Origin: an uncultured virus (IMG/VR IMGVR_UViG_3300037507_003993)
Lineage: Duplodnaviria > Heunggongvirae > Uroviricota > Caudoviricetes
Length of the DNA: 64,000 nt
Reading direction: 5' to 3' (one strand)
Virus record (IMG/VR): IMGVR_UViG_3300037507_003993
Position 1 is the first letter of the stretch; every line of letters starts with the position of its first letter. Both the position numbers and the translations under genes were made by a program. Shown here in pieces: positions 1-10,295 of the stretch. The notes beneath the pieces are model-generated. The model ran no database searches and was not told the origin of the DNA. It saw only the letters and a list, made by a program, of their open reading frames with translations.

Positions 1-246
1 GCCAAAGAAACGGAGCGCCAGAGAAAAACACGCGACTCCATTCACGAAACGATTCGCTCTATTTACATAAACGACCGAAACGCTGCCAAGTTCGGATTTA
101 ATGCCTGGTCGACGTACAACGCTGTTGTCGAGTACTTGGATTTCTATCGTTCTGTAGACAATGCTTCAAGTGCAGTTGCGTCAATGGATGACACATCAGC
201 AATTACGCAAAAGAAGTTGCTCGCACATCGCGTGGTGATATCCTAG
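1..246 (+). CDS. C-terminal fragment of a DUF932-like phage protein (partial, runs off left edge)
   Basis: Frame 1 is open from base 1 to TAG at 244-246; translation contains GFNAWSTYNAVVEYLDF, resembling the W-x-x-Y-N-A-V-x-E-Y-x-D C-terminal motif of DUF932 proteins. Confidence 0.55.
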   Translation, partial: AKETERQRKTRDSIHETIRSIYINDRNAAKFGFNAWSTYNAVVEYLDFYRSVDNASSAVASMDDTSAITQKKLLAHRVVIS

Positions 247-250
247 TTGG

Positions 251-733
251 ATGGCATCCAATGATGATTACTCAGAGTGGGACGAAGAAGACATAGCAGG
301 GCTTGACGATGAGTCCTATGAACGAGATGGGGACGAAGATTCACCAATGTCCGAGTTGCAAAAAAGCATGTTTGAGAGTCGCGTTATTGGCACATTCGTA
401 AGAAATGCATATGAGTTCGGTGGGACCAATACATTGCTTGAGGTCTTATCGTGTGTTGAGCGCAAGATGGGCTGGCGAACTGAAATAATCGCCGACAAGA
501 ACGCTCTCGACGACTACATGTTTTATCGTCATGAAACATTCGATGAGGAGATATGGTCTTACTACGCGAACTCTGACCAGTACTCGGAGTTGATACACAA
601 AGTTGCTTTTCTATCAGAACATGCAATGAGTGATTTCGTGGAGCTTTATTCTAAGTCTGGAAGCCCGAAGAAGACATTCCGCAAACAACTGCGCAACATC
701 GCTTGGAAGGTTTTCAAGAAACTGTCTCAATAG
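251..733 (+). CDS. hypothetical protein, acidic N-terminus
   Basis: 160-aa ORF; TATCCT (239-244) 6 nt upstream of ATG. Confidence 0.7.
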   Translation: MASNDDYSEWDEEDIAGLDDESYERDGDEDSPMSELQKSMFESRVIGTFVRNAYEFGGTNTLLEVLSCVERKMGWRTEIIADKNALDDYMFYRHETFDEEIWSYYANSDQYSELIHKVAFLSEHAMSDFVELYSKSGSPKKTFRKQLRNIAWKVFKKLSQ

Positions 734-734
734 G

Positions 735-763
735 TTGACATGTCTTTCCCTTGGGGTTAGGAT
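735..763 (+). promoter_or_regulatory. sigma70/SigA-type promoter upstream of whiB and primase-helicase
   Basis: TTGACA (735-740), 17-nt spacer, TAGGAT (758-763); GGGGAG SD before ATG 788. Confidence 0.7.
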
Positions 764-787
764 ACCTAAACGCATCCAAGGGGGAGT

Positions 788-1183
788 ATGACAACAGACC
801 GCAAGACACTGATTAATCTGGTCAACAGCAATTGGCAACTGCCAGAGCCACTCGATGTTCCAGTATTTAAGAATGCAGCGTGTGCTGGTTTGCCAACAGA
901 GTGGTGGTTTCCTGAAAAGGATGGTGGCGCGTCAATCCGCAACAACACCGCGAGGGCAATAGAAATTTGCAATTCATGCGACGAGAAGCGCAAGTGTGGT
1001 GACTTTGCAATAGATAATCCGAGCGTTCACGGTATATGGGGTGGGCTTTCCGTTAAACGACGCAGCAGGGCTCGCACGGCTATCCAACGAGCGCATTCGA
1101 TGGAGCGAGCGCATATTCATCCTCCGTATTCGGAGATGCGCAAACAAATAGAATTAGGACCTCGTGGCCCTTTATCAATCTGA
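788..1183 (+). CDS. whiB: WhiB-family Fe-S transcription regulator
   Basis: Four Cys (AAC...ICNSC...KC), WFP motif and GIWGG turn followed by basic helix. Confidence 0.9.
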   Translation: MTTDRKTLINLVNSNWQLPEPLDVPVFKNAACAGLPTEWWFPEKDGGASIRNNTARAIEICNSCDEKRKCGDFAIDNPSVHGIWGGLSVKRRSRARTAIQRAHSMERAHIHPPYSEMRKQIELGPRGPLSI

Positions 1184-2996
1184 ACCAGTAGCAAAACTAC
1201 TTTCTCGTCTTAGCAATGTTCGAGAGGCCAACGGGCAGTGGATGGCGGCATGTCCTTGCAGAAACGATGACGATACTCCCTCGCTTGCAGTAAAAGTTGG
1301 CAACGATGACGAAGCACTTGTTTATTGCCATAAGGGCCTCTGTGATGCACAAAAGATATTCGAATCGTGCGGTCTTGACCTGGTCGATGGATTTGCAAAA
1401 GACCGCGACGACTACGAGCGCAAGGAAAAACCAGCCAAGCCATTTAAAGCCGCTAGTGTTTCACCCGTGTCGGCGCCAAAACAGAAACGAAAGCTCGTCA
1501 AGACCTATCAGTACCATGATGAAGATGGAAACGTTCTGTATGAAAAACTTCGCTATCAAACCGACGATGGTAAGAAGTCATTCGCGCATCGACGTCCTGA
1601 CCCTGATAATCCAGGCGAATACCTTTACAACCTAAACGACACCCGTAAGGTTCTGTATCGCCTTCCTGAGCTGTTAAAAGAAATTGCCAACAACGAAGAT
1701 GTATGGCTTGTTGAGGGCGAAAAAGACGCTGACACAATGCTTGAGAAGTTCGGTATACCAGCAACAACCATGACCAACGGAGCGAACGCTTGGCAGCCTG
1801 ACTACACGATGACCCTGGCTGCAGCTACTGCTGTTTGCATTATTGCCGATAATGACGACCCTGGCAAGCGACATGCGATTAGCGTTCGCGATGAAATCAA
1901 TGCCGCCGGTGGCAATGCAACTGTATTCGTATCCAAGCACGCAAAAGATATATCCGACCACGTCGCCATGGGGCACGCCATTGACATGGAGACCATGTTC
2001 AAACTTGAGTCGTATGTAAGCGATGAGCCCGACAAGGAAGTGGTCCAAGAAGAAATTGAACTGTCGGATGAAGAAAAGAATGAGGCCAGTGAGGCAAAAC
2101 CAGAGGACAAACTCCTGGAACAGATTCAAGAGATTGTCGCATCCGAGCGTTTGTCTTTGCAGCAGAAGCTCAGTCGAATTACGCATGCCGCAAGTAGCTT
2201 CACTACGGCCTCGTTTGAGGACTATGGGCGCACTGTTAACTGGCAGGAGTTCTTGCTTGAGGCAGAGGATGACTCTTACGAATGGATTATCCCAGGTTTG
2301 CTAGAGAAGCAAGAGCGCGTAATCGTTGTCGCCGCTGAGGGCGTAGGAAAGACGATGCTTGCGCGTCAAGTAGCAATAGCTTGTGCTGCCGGATTGCATC
2401 CATTTACATTCCAGCCAATGCCACCCGTGACGACGCTAACAATTGACCTAGAAAACCCTGCACGAATTATTCGTCGCACATCACGAACAATCATGGAGCA
2501 GTCAATTCGCCTGTCTCACGCCAAGACGGTTGACGCTCATCTACACATTCATCCTTCCGGTTTGGATTTGGCTTCAGCCAAGGACAGGGCGTTCGTTGAG
2601 CAACTCGTGGATAAAATCAAGCCAGGGCTAATTTGCCTTGGACCCTTGTACAAGGCGTATGTCGACAACGGCTCACTAACAAGCGAAGCTCTTGCTGTTG
2701 AGGTAGCAAAGTTCCTGGACCACATCCGCGACGTATACGGGTGCGCTCTATGGCTGGAACACCATGCGCCACTGGGTGCCACCAATTCAACACGTGAACT
2801 TCGTCCGTTTGGTTCTTCCGTATGGTCTCGTTGGCCGGAATTCGGTATCTCGATTACGCCAGACCCACTGAGTCCGGAAGGCTATGTTTATGATGTGAAG
2901 CATTTCCGTGGTGCCCGTGACAAGCGCGCATGGCCGACAAAGATGAAACGTAGCCTCCGCTTGCCATTTGAGGTTCTAGAATTTATGAAGGAGTAA
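1164..2996 (+). CDS. DNA primase-helicase (Zn-binding + TOPRIM + RecA-like/AAA_25 helicase)
   Basis: N-terminal CPC...CHKGLC; TOPRIM LVEGEKDAD and IADNDDPG; Walker A AAEGVGKT; C-terminal RPFGSS. Confidence 0.85.
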   Translation: MALYQSEPVAKLLSRLSNVREANGQWMAACPCRNDDDTPSLAVKVGNDDEALVYCHKGLCDAQKIFESCGLDLVDGFAKDRDDYERKEKPAKPFKAASVSPVSAPKQKRKLVKTYQYHDEDGNVLYEKLRYQTDDGKKSFAHRRPDPDNPGEYLYNLNDTRKVLYRLPELLKEIANNEDVWLVEGEKDADTMLEKFGIPATTMTNGANAWQPDYTMTLAAATAVCIIADNDDPGKRHAISVRDEINAAGGNATVFVSKHAKDISDHVAMGHAIDMETMFKLESYVSDEPDKEVVQEEIELSDEEKNEASEAKPEDKLLEQIQEIVASERLSLQQKLSRITHAASSFTTASFEDYGRTVNWQEFLLEAEDDSYEWIIPGLLEKQERVIVVAAEGVGKTMLARQVAIACAAGLHPFTFQPMPPVTTLTIDLENPARIIRRTSRTIMEQSIRLSHAKTVDAHLHIHPSGLDLASAKDRAFVEQLVDKIKPGLICLGPLYKAYVDNGSLTSEALAVEVAKFLDHIRDVYGCALWLEHHAPLGATNSTRELRPFGSSVWSRWPEFGISITPDPLSPEGYVYDVKHFRGARDKRAWPTKMKRSLRLPFEVLEFMKE

Positions 2997-2998
2997 TA

Positions 2999-3616
2999 AT
3001 GGCCACAGAAAAAAAGCCCTTAACGCGAGAATTCCTCGTAGAGAGGGATTTACGCATATTCAAGATGAGGCAAGCCGGTGTGGCTAGCAATGAGATTGCC
3101 AGAAGGTTTGGTATGACCACGTCTGCTGTAGGCGTGGCAATTCGTAGACAGCTAGAGAAGCTGAACAAGGAAGCCTTGATGGCTTACCCAGAAGTTCTCC
3201 GGATGGAGCTAGAGAGACTCGATGCATTGCAACAGTCGGTGTGGCCTTTAACGCAGTATCGAAAGGTGAAGGCCGACGATGGCACAGAGATACAGATTGA
3301 GCCAGACCTGAAGGCGGTTCAGACCATGCTTTCCATAATTGATAGACGTTCGCGCCTGCTTGGCATGGACCAAAACAACATCAACGTACAGATGGACGTG
3401 TCTGCAACTGCGCCAATTAGGGCAACCCTTGCTGGTGCCGTAGCAAACGACATCAAGACGCAGTTCTCCCCAGAAGCAGAAGCCCGTAAGTTGCTTGAGA
3501 TAATGGGGAATAGCGGCGTGCTCACAAAAGAGTACGTAGACGGTATTCTCGGGCAAGCCAAAGACATACCTGCTGCTATTGATGCCGAACTGATTGAACT
3601 AGAATCTGGGGAATGA
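2999..3616 (+). CDS. HTH protein, candidate terminase small subunit
   Basis: N-terminal HTH (SNEIARRFGMTTSAV) then ELERLDALQ...W and RRSRLLG segments, as seen in actinophage TerS-like proteins; no TerS next to TerL. Confidence 0.45.
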   Translation: MATEKKPLTREFLVERDLRIFKMRQAGVASNEIARRFGMTTSAVGVAIRRQLEKLNKEALMAYPEVLRMELERLDALQQSVWPLTQYRKVKADDGTEIQIEPDLKAVQTMLSIIDRRSRLLGMDQNNINVQMDVSATAPIRATLAGAVANDIKTQFSPEAEARKLLEIMGNSGVLTKEYVDGILGQAKDIPAAIDAELIELESGE

Positions 3617-4380
3617 TACATCCATCAATCAAGAAGCTGGCGATGTCTATCGACTCGCTGCTCCCACTCGAAGGCAACCCACGCAGAGGTGATGTCGACG
3701 CGATTGCGGCATCCTATTCAGAGTTTGGGCAGGTTAAGCCAATCGTTGTGAAAGACAACGAGGATGGCACGTACACAGTCATCGCCGGTAACCACCAGCT
3801 ACAGGCCGCAAAGAAGCTTGGTTGGAATGAGATAGCTGCTGTTGTGTTGGATGGTGACGACCAGCGCGCTATAGCTTTTGCTCTTGCCGACAATAGAACC
3901 ATGGAACTCGGGAATACCGACCAGGGTCAGGTAATCGATATGATTGCGGAGCTTGGAAACGAGTATTCGGCACTGCTGGACGACTTAAAGTGGGATGACT
4001 TTGAGATGGCCGCCATGACTGAATGGCAAACCAAGAACAACGAAGAAGACGAGAACGAGCAAAGAGGCTATATTGCTCCTGTTATGCAGAACACTGTCAA
4101 TTTCGACAATGTCGAGATTGAAGAAGGTGCAGATGGCGAGCAGAGGTTCACTGCTAATTCAAACATAGATTCAGGAGATGCAGCAATCCGTGGTAGTGCA
4201 GCAGTTGGGGCAAGCACTTCATCGCAAGCGATTGTTCAATACACTCTTGTCTTTGATACCCCTGAACAGCAGAAGGACTGGTACCAGTTCATACGGTATC
4301 TGCGCAGTTCACCCGTGTACGCCGGGAATACAACTGCTGAGCGTCTTATGGATTTCGTACGCTCGCACGCTGACTACTAG
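3613..4380 (+). CDS. ParB/Srx N-terminal domain protein
   Basis: NPRRGDV..IAASYSEFGQVKPIVV...VIAGNHQLQAAKKLG...LADNR. Confidence 0.8.
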   Translation: MIHPSIKKLAMSIDSLLPLEGNPRRGDVDAIAASYSEFGQVKPIVVKDNEDGTYTVIAGNHQLQAAKKLGWNEIAAVVLDGDDQRAIAFALADNRTMELGNTDQGQVIDMIAELGNEYSALLDDLKWDDFEMAAMTEWQTKNNEEDENEQRGYIAPVMQNTVNFDNVEIEEGADGEQRFTANSNIDSGDAAIRGSAAVGASTSSQAIVQYTLVFDTPEQQKDWYQFIRYLRSSPVYAGNTTAERLMDFVRSHADY

Positions 4381-5216
4381 TACAGGCTCCTAACGAATCC
4401 AACGTCACCCATGGTTCTGGCTTTGCCCTTAGCTGCAAGGTCCACCCATACGCCTTTCTCGTTGTATCTGTCATCTGACAGGTCTCCGTCCACTAATGGA
4501 AGACCGTTGTATGAATCCATAGTCTTTTGCGTCTTGTGTCTATTGGTCACGATGGCTGCGGTTCCACCATTGCGTATGAATGACTGAACCTTGTCCATGT
4601 CGCTGTTCTCGTTGACGCTATAGACAACTCTGTAGCGACTTCCAACCATTCCGTCTCCGCTTAGAATCGCTGGGTTCTTGGTGTAGTCATATACAAATAC
4701 GTTGTCCATTCCGGCTTCGTTGTTGGCTAAAGACGTAAGAATGTTGTACCAACGCAAATCGCTATTTACGTTAAGTCTGACAAGCACCGTATCTTGTTCA
4801 TTGGAGTGCTTCTTAATCTCGGAACCAAGTATGCGCACAAAGTCCGTGGGATGCTTGGCTAGGAACTGGGTCTTTACATTGCGAGCTTTTTGCACACTGT
4901 TGTATCGCCCGTTGCCGTTGTCTAGAACGCAAACGCTTGTGCAATGGCCGCGCCAGGCACATGTCTCAATACCGGAAACATTGGCGTGCTGAATCGTCAG
5001 ACCAACTGTGTATATCTTTGACTTCTTTAGCTTGTGCTGAACACTGGGAAGAGTAAGGAGGTTGGCGTATGAGCCGAATTCGTTTTGCTGCCTGAACTTC
5101 AGCCAACTGGCCCGTGCCTCTTTTAGGCCTGTGCCTTGCACGCCATCAAGAAACGCGTTGTTTAACTCGCTTGCTCTTAACTGCAGCACGCTGGTGAGTA
5201 TTCGGTTTTCGTCCAT
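4377..5216 (-). CDS. GP88-like phage protein with Cys cluster
   Basis: CAWRGHCTSVC, VRLNVNSD, YDYTK, DGDLSDDR, LAAKG motifs. Confidence 0.6.
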   Translation of the reverse strand: MDENRILTSVLQLRASELNNAFLDGVQGTGLKEARASWLKFRQQNEFGSYANLLTLPSVQHKLKKSKIYTVGLTIQHANVSGIETCAWRGHCTSVCVLDNGNGRYNSVQKARNVKTQFLAKHPTDFVRILGSEIKKHSNEQDTVLVRLNVNSDLRWYNILTSLANNEAGMDNVFVYDYTKNPAILSGDGMVGSRYRVVYSVNENSDMDKVQSFIRNGGTAAIVTNRHKTQKTMDSYNGLPLVDGDLSDDRYNEKGVWVDLAAKGKARTMGDVGFVRSLY

Positions 5217-5315
5217 TATCCAAATCCTTTAGATAGCTATATCTATATATAAGCATACCTATAAGGACTCCATGGAAAAGACCTAATCCAAACCCGACGT
5301 AATACATCAGAGTGG

Positions 5316-5633
5316 TCACGACATGTATTCTTTTAGTTCTCTTTCAAGCTGGCTTTCGCCTCGTGCGCCCGTAAGTGTCTTGACTGGCGTGCCGTCCTTG
5401 AAAACTACGATAGTCGGAATACTGAAGATATTGAATATCTGGGCAATCTCTGGGTAATCGTCGATATTGACTGTTCCAGTCTTGAAGTGCATGGAGTGCT
5501 TTTTCCCAAATGACTCGAATTGCGGTTTCATGACGCTGCACGGACCACACCAGGGCGCCCAGAAGTCAATGATGACGTGCTTGTCGCCATCTAAGAAATC
5601 TGGAAGCGAATCGCTTGTTACTTTTTCGACCAT
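5316..5633 (-). CDS. trxA: thioredoxin
   Basis: DFWAPWCGPC active site and SIPT cis-Pro loop; start placed at MVEKVT (5633), clear of the RNR stop. Confidence 0.92.
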   Translation of the reverse strand: MVEKVTSDSLPDFLDGDKHVIIDFWAPWCGPCSVMKPQFESFGKKHSMHFKTGTVNIDDYPEIAQIFNIFSIPTIVVFKDGTPVKTLTGARGESQLERELKEYMS

Positions 5634-5638
5634 GACTA

Positions 5639-7564
5639 CTATCGTACCGGACAGGCGCCCGTACTGCAATCTCCCAGGTCCAACAGCTCCGACTGTGATG
5701 ATACGAGGGGGACGCTGAAGTCGATTTTGGAGACCATCTTTGTGTATTCATCTTTGGTTATCTCCTCGTATGGAGGGAGTGGGAAGTTGTGGTCACTGTG
5801 GAGAAGGAACGACACCGATTTTACACCTTTGTCATAGTTCTTGGACAACCATTCACGGATAGAGTCAAGCTCTTCCTTGCGGTAGTACACAGTTACCGAT
5901 ACGGCATTATCTGCCCATACGGTCTGCATCTTTTTGACCCATTCAAGCTGTTCGATAGCAGTCATGCTGGCTGCCAACACTGCGCCCTCTGGTGACTCGC
6001 ATGGGAACTCGACCACATACTTGGTGTGGTCTTCACGTCCATCTATGCCAATATCCCAGAGCACCTTGTACCCGCGAGCACGGCAACCTGCCACTAGCGG
6101 GTCGGCGGCACCGAAACGAACACGACGAATGTAGTACTGCGCAAATCCTGGGTGTATGCCAGGTGTATTGCCCGGGAGGAGGGCCAGCGTCCCTGATGGT
6201 TGGACCGTAGTCAAGCGTACTGATTCTGGCCATCCATTCTCCGCTGAGTACTTCTTGTCGAACTCACGGAGGTTCACATAGGCCTCATCAAGCCACTGAA
6301 TCTTTTCCTCTTCGACCTGGAGGATACCCGTAACGCTTTGACCAAGACGAGCGTTTTTACGAACAATCTCTGTGGTCTTTGCATACGGATAATCAAGACG
6401 AGTGATTTGCTTTTGAATCTTATAGAGGAGTGTCGAAATCTCCTTGAGTTGCTCTACTGATTCGACGTTTGGCAAGAAGATGGTAGAGAGGTTGCATGAC
6501 TCGCCATCAGCAAGAGCAATCTCCGCACAAGGGTTGAATCCCTCGATTGTGTTATCTGTCATCTTCTCGCCAAGGCGACCGTACGTGCGTGCAAGCTTGC
6601 GGTTAACGAGACCATATGGCTCACCTGAACCATCGTATCCCTTCCACAGTTCTGGCATGATTTCTTCGTAGGCGTCTGCATAGATGCTGTTGTTGGAGTT
6701 GGCGCGATATGCAGGGACAGTACCCGTAGACCAATTCTTGGCACGAAGGAAAAGCACGTCATCTGGGTCTCCGATTGCAATCTGCGCTGAACGGCGCGAC
6801 GAGCCAGACACGACAATGCGACCAATGATGTTGCAAATGTCAAGTACGTCAATGGAGCGAAGCTTCTTGCCTTCACGATTCTGCATCACCTTTGATATGT
6901 CTGCAATCCCTTCGATGAGTGCGCCTGGACCTGATGCTGTGCCACCGAATGTCTTGAGTGGTGCACCGAATTCACGAATAAGAATTGTGGAGTACGAGAA
7001 AGACTTGCCCGTGTCGAAATATGACTTCAACACCGAATGAAGAAGTCGCTTCCAACCTTGACGCGAATCTGGGACGATGATGTCTGCATCGTTGGAGCGT
7101 TCGTGAGTAACTGTTACGCCTGACTTAACCTTTGGCAAGTCGTGAATCTTGGAGCGCTCAACAGAGAATCCAACGCCACCACCAAGCATGAGGTACTCAA
7201 ACAGTAATTCAAAGTCTTCGATTGTTTCGATGTTGGTGAAGTAGCAGTTGTTCAGCGACGTCGCATTGAACTTCTTGACCAGTGGCGTTCCAAGTTGCCA
7301 AAGTGCTCGGCCGGAGAGTGAGCAGCGCAGATTGAACATGTGGTCGAATAGCGTTTCTGCTTCTTGTTGTGTGAGCGGTGTGCCAATTTCGACAGCACCG
7401 TTGATAGCCCGTACGACAGTTTCGGTCCAAGTCTCATTGCGATTCATCTCCTCGATTGGGCGACTGTATGTACGTAGATAAACGACTTCTCCAAGTCCAC
7501 CAAAACCCCAGGGTGTTTTCTTGTTGGCATAGCTTGCAATGAATTCTGGAGTGAGCAACGACAT
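5639..7564 (-). CDS. nrdJ: class II (adenosylcobalamin-dependent) ribonucleotide reductase, monomeric RTPR type
   Basis: YLRTYSR, NNCYF, RRSAQI, NPCAEI, ESCNL, TVQPSGT and C-terminal CSTGACPVR; no small subunit nearby. Confidence 0.9.
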   Translation of the reverse strand: MSLLTPEFIASYANKKTPWGFGGLGEVVYLRTYSRPIEEMNRNETWTETVVRAINGAVEIGTPLTQQEAETLFDHMFNLRCSLSGRALWQLGTPLVKKFNATSLNNCYFTNIETIEDFELLFEYLMLGGGVGFSVERSKIHDLPKVKSGVTVTHERSNDADIIVPDSRQGWKRLLHSVLKSYFDTGKSFSYSTILIREFGAPLKTFGGTASGPGALIEGIADISKVMQNREGKKLRSIDVLDICNIIGRIVVSGSSRRSAQIAIGDPDDVLFLRAKNWSTGTVPAYRANSNNSIYADAYEEIMPELWKGYDGSGEPYGLVNRKLARTYGRLGEKMTDNTIEGFNPCAEIALADGESCNLSTIFLPNVESVEQLKEISTLLYKIQKQITRLDYPYAKTTEIVRKNARLGQSVTGILQVEEEKIQWLDEAYVNLREFDKKYSAENGWPESVRLTTVQPSGTLALLPGNTPGIHPGFAQYYIRRVRFGAADPLVAGCRARGYKVLWDIGIDGREDHTKYVVEFPCESPEGAVLAASMTAIEQLEWVKKMQTVWADNAVSVTVYYRKEELDSIREWLSKNYDKGVKSVSFLLHSDHNFPLPPYEEITKDEYTKMVSKIDFSVPLVSSQSELLDLGDCSTGACPVR

Positions 7565-7631
7565 TATTAATTTCCTTTACGTAGGGATTGAGTGGGTTTA
7601 CAAGTTTATATGAGAAAACAAAGTCATGCGT

Positions 7632-7949
7632 CTAGTTGATTTCCATTCCCAACTCTTTAGCTTTTTCAAGCGTGACTTGTTGTCCCTTTCTTGCGAGCAG
7701 TACCCTAGCAGTCGTAAAAGGGGAAATCTGTCTTTCGCCCCAAATATCCTCGTCGACATATATCGTGCGAACTTCGTCAAGCGTTGTAGATTCGACTGAT
7801 GCGAATGCTATGTGGATATTCTGTGGATTGTGGTCTTCTGGTGTGCAGTCACCCGTAGGGTGTCCACAGACCAGGCAAGGTTCCCTGGTTGCTCTATGGA
7901 ATTGGATATCGCCATAGATTGTGTCTTGCGAATAGAACATGTCTGACAT
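7632..7949 (-). CDS. hypothetical protein (CxxC-H-C motif)
   Basis: 105 aa, CLVCGHPTGDC; TAGAAT 6 nt upstream of ATG. Confidence 0.7.
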   Translation of the reverse strand: MSDMFYSQDTIYGDIQFHRATREPCLVCGHPTGDCTPEDHNPQNIHIAFASVESTTLDEVRTIYVDEDIWGERQISPFTTARVLLARKGQQVTLEKAKELGMEIN

Positions 7950-8000
7950 TCAACAATTCTACACCTGTTGTGTTTCTGCAGGAAATTGATAAGCTGCAGT

Positions 8001-8351
8001 ATGACAAAGAGTCGCTCGAGATACATAATCTCAAAACCGAATCGATTGCCACACTTTAAGCCCGTAGTGTTTATTAAGCGAGGCTCTACACCAACCAAGT
8101 CAGTATTGCATTATTTGAAGATGAAGCGTGGCGTGCCTGCTACTGCAAAGCAAACAAAGGACATGTTCCCTCGATTCTTCAAGGGCCCCTCTGATGCAGC
8201 TCGAATCCTGAGGACTCTTGAGCGCAGGGGTTTTGCGGAAAGCGTATACGACGGAGCTTGGCGTATAACCAGCAACGGCCTACAAGCAGTCGACCTTCTT
8301 GCTCACAGAGACAAGAGGGACTTTGCTGAACTGGAAGATGATGAGTTCTAG
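8001..8351 (+). CDS. hypothetical, possible winged-helix DNA-binding protein
   Basis: DAARILRTLERRGFAE...WRITSNG; start moved to ATG 8001, 5 nt after TAAGCT. Confidence 0.55.
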   Translation: MTKSRSRYIISKPNRLPHFKPVVFIKRGSTPTKSVLHYLKMKRGVPATAKQTKDMFPRFFKGPSDAARILRTLERRGFAESVYDGAWRITSNGLQAVDLLAHRDKRDFAELEDDEF

Positions 8352-8579
8352 TTAGAACTTGAACCAGTTGAGGAAGCGACGCTTCGTCTTGGGGTTCTTC
8401 ACATCACCTGCGTAGATAACAACTGCTGGCTCTTGCTTGACGAGAGGCACAACAACGGTCTCTTCAACCTTGGCTGTATCTGGCTGCTTCTTCGCAGGAG
8501 TCTTCTTCTTGGCAGCAGCCTTCTTCTTTGGCGCTGCCTTCTTCGTTGTCTTCTTGCTGGATGTTTTCTTTGTTGTCAT
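8352..8579 (-). CDS. small Lys/Ala-rich (histone H1-like tail) protein
   Basis: MTTKKTSSKKTTKKAAPKKKAAAKKKTPAKK; TAGCGT 7 nt upstream. Confidence 0.7.
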   Translation of the reverse strand: MTTKKTSSKKTTKKAAPKKKAAAKKKTPAKKQPDTAKVEETVVVPLVKQEPAVVIYAGDVKNPKTKRRFLNWFKF

Positions 8580-8643
8580 GGCGTAAACGCTAGTACACCC
8601 GTAGGCACTTCTGGCGGAACCTTGACGTGATGTAGCGTTGAGT

Positions 8644-9276
8644 GTGAGGTTGGATTCATTCTATAATCGTCTTGACAAGATTGCTCTGGCTTTGATGTCT
8701 GGTGTTGAGGCAAAGAATGAGTCGGTCAAAGAGTTCGGCATAGGCGAGGACCTACCTATCAGTATCTTCTGCTGGAAGGACGACAGACTCAAGCTGATGA
8801 TGCAGCTGAGGGCTGACATACAGAAGGCAACACCAGAGCAACGCTTCGATGCTATAGCGACTGCTGCTTTGGTCACCCGTAAGGGCTGGGGCATCGACGA
8901 GTTTACTCTGGTATCCGAGGCGTACGTAAGCCATGACCCTTCATTGACAAAGGGTATCGAGTTAAAGAAGGCGTTCGTTGACCCTGAGTACAACGTGGGC
9001 GAGTGCCTGACGGTCATGCATGTGGACGTAGAACGTGTGACATTCGTAGTCAAGACCTACAAGTATGACGTGCCACGTATGGTCGTATGGGCTGATGAGG
9101 AGTACGAACCTGGCTCAACAATGGTGCGGTCACAGGACGGCAAGTATCCCAATATGTTTAGCAAAGTAATTAGTTCGATAGAGCAAGAGCAAGAACCATT
9201 CGATGCACAAGAGTTCTACAACACTTTGTCACACGGACTAATTGAGTCGGGCTTTTATTGTCAGATATTCGACTAA
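8644..9276 (+). CDS. hypothetical protein
   Basis: Long ORF; GTG at 8644 follows TAGCGT by 5 nt. Confidence 0.7.
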   Translation: MRLDSFYNRLDKIALALMSGVEAKNESVKEFGIGEDLPISIFCWKDDRLKLMMQLRADIQKATPEQRFDAIATAALVTRKGWGIDEFTLVSEAYVSHDPSLTKGIELKKAFVDPEYNVGECLTVMHVDVERVTFVVKTYKYDVPRMVVWADEEYEPGSTMVRSQDGKYPNMFSKVISSIEQEQEPFDAQEFYNTLSHGLIESGFYCQIFD

Positions 9277-9572
9277 CACAGCAGTAAGTCTGACGTTTGT
9301 ATATTTGGACAAAGCAACAGTCTGGCTATATGGTTTTCGTTTGTTATAGCAAAAACTAGCTTATATAGTCAGCAAAAATCTGGACAATATTCTGGATGAT
9401 GTTTTGTAAGTTGTTGCTTGCACTGTCAGGAATCTAAACGCAATAAACGCAACGGTCGGTAAGGCTGTTTGGTTGTCTCACCTGATAGCCCCGATTGCAA
9501 ACTTTCCGGCTGCCGGTTGGGTGGGGGGGAGCGCGCGTGAGATTTTTTTAGCTCACTTAGTTTCGGATAGAT

Positions 9573-9785
9573 TTATCCAATTGTCTGAGTGTTCGCTGAA
9601 TGTATATAGCGTCCATTCAAGGAGAAGTCGTGCTCTCTTTTGCGAACCCGCATTTCGATAGATGCCCTGTCGTGGAGCCTGGGGCTATTCTTCCGTTCTT
9701 TTCTGAGTGCAAGGATGAGTTCTGTGAGTGCAGACATGTGCGCGTTTCTTTCTTTTGTATTGAGCGCACTAGTGTATGGCTTCAC
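9573..9785 (-). CDS. hypothetical protein
   Basis: 70-aa ORF co-oriented with upstream minus-strand genes. Confidence 0.4.
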   Translation of the reverse strand: MKPYTSALNTKERNAHMSALTELILALRKERKNSPRLHDRASIEMRVRKREHDFSLNGRYIHSANTQTIG

Positions 9786-9825
9786 AAGTCACTATTGGCA
9801 TCACTTTTGATTAATTGACTGTTAA

Positions 9826-10035
9826 TTAGTTAGAGCAGTCCTTGAAGCGAAATGCTTGTGCGTCTCGTGCTTTAACGATGTGCTCACCCTGCAAAATTAG
9901 CCGGTCCAAATCTTCGTTGGATAGATTTATATGGTTTATCAGCATGTCTGTGGTATTCCGATGCATCACACAGCGTTCCTCATTAATAAACGAACTAAAT
10001 ATCTTTGAGACGTTTACGTTTATGCTTTCTTTCAT
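9826..10035 (-). CDS. hypothetical protein
   Basis: 69-aa ORF, ATGA overlap with upstream gene. Confidence 0.55.
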   Translation of the reverse strand: MKESINVNVSKIFSSFINEERCVMHRNTTDMLINHINLSNEDLDRLILQGEHIVKARDAQAFRFKDCSN

Positions 10036-10295
10036 TGTTTGTTTTCTGGAACAGAAGCCATCAGGATTGAACGTAGCGAGAAGGCAAGGGCGTTATTTGT
10101 TTCAAATGAGTCCCAGAGTACGTTGTGATTTATTTTTGAGTTCTCTGATTTGCTGCTAATTGCGGCGATGCTGGAATCAGCCATTTTCTCGTGATACAGG
10201 AAAGATTCGATGAGTTTTTCTATGGCCTTATCTTTGTCAATATCGTCAAGTGTTATTCCAAGATGCACTTGTAGTTCGGTGTTTTGATTAGTCAT
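10032..10295 (-). CDS. hypothetical protein
   Basis: 87-aa ORF, ATGA overlap, AGGAAGAG upstream. Confidence 0.6.
   Translation of the reverse strand: MTNQNTELQVHLGITLDDIDKDKAIEKLIESFLYHEKMADSSIAAISSKSENSKINHNVLWDSFETNNALAFSLRSILMASVPENKQ

Noticed and set aside
5217..5315. TA-rich stretch (TAGCTATATCTATATATAAG) as origin
   Set aside because: Short, no iterons; explained as promoter region of the GP88-like gene.
5639..7564. Intein or intron in RNR (also considered for terL and primase-helicase)
   Set aside because: Lengths are ordinary and no intein terminal motifs or frame breaks were seen.
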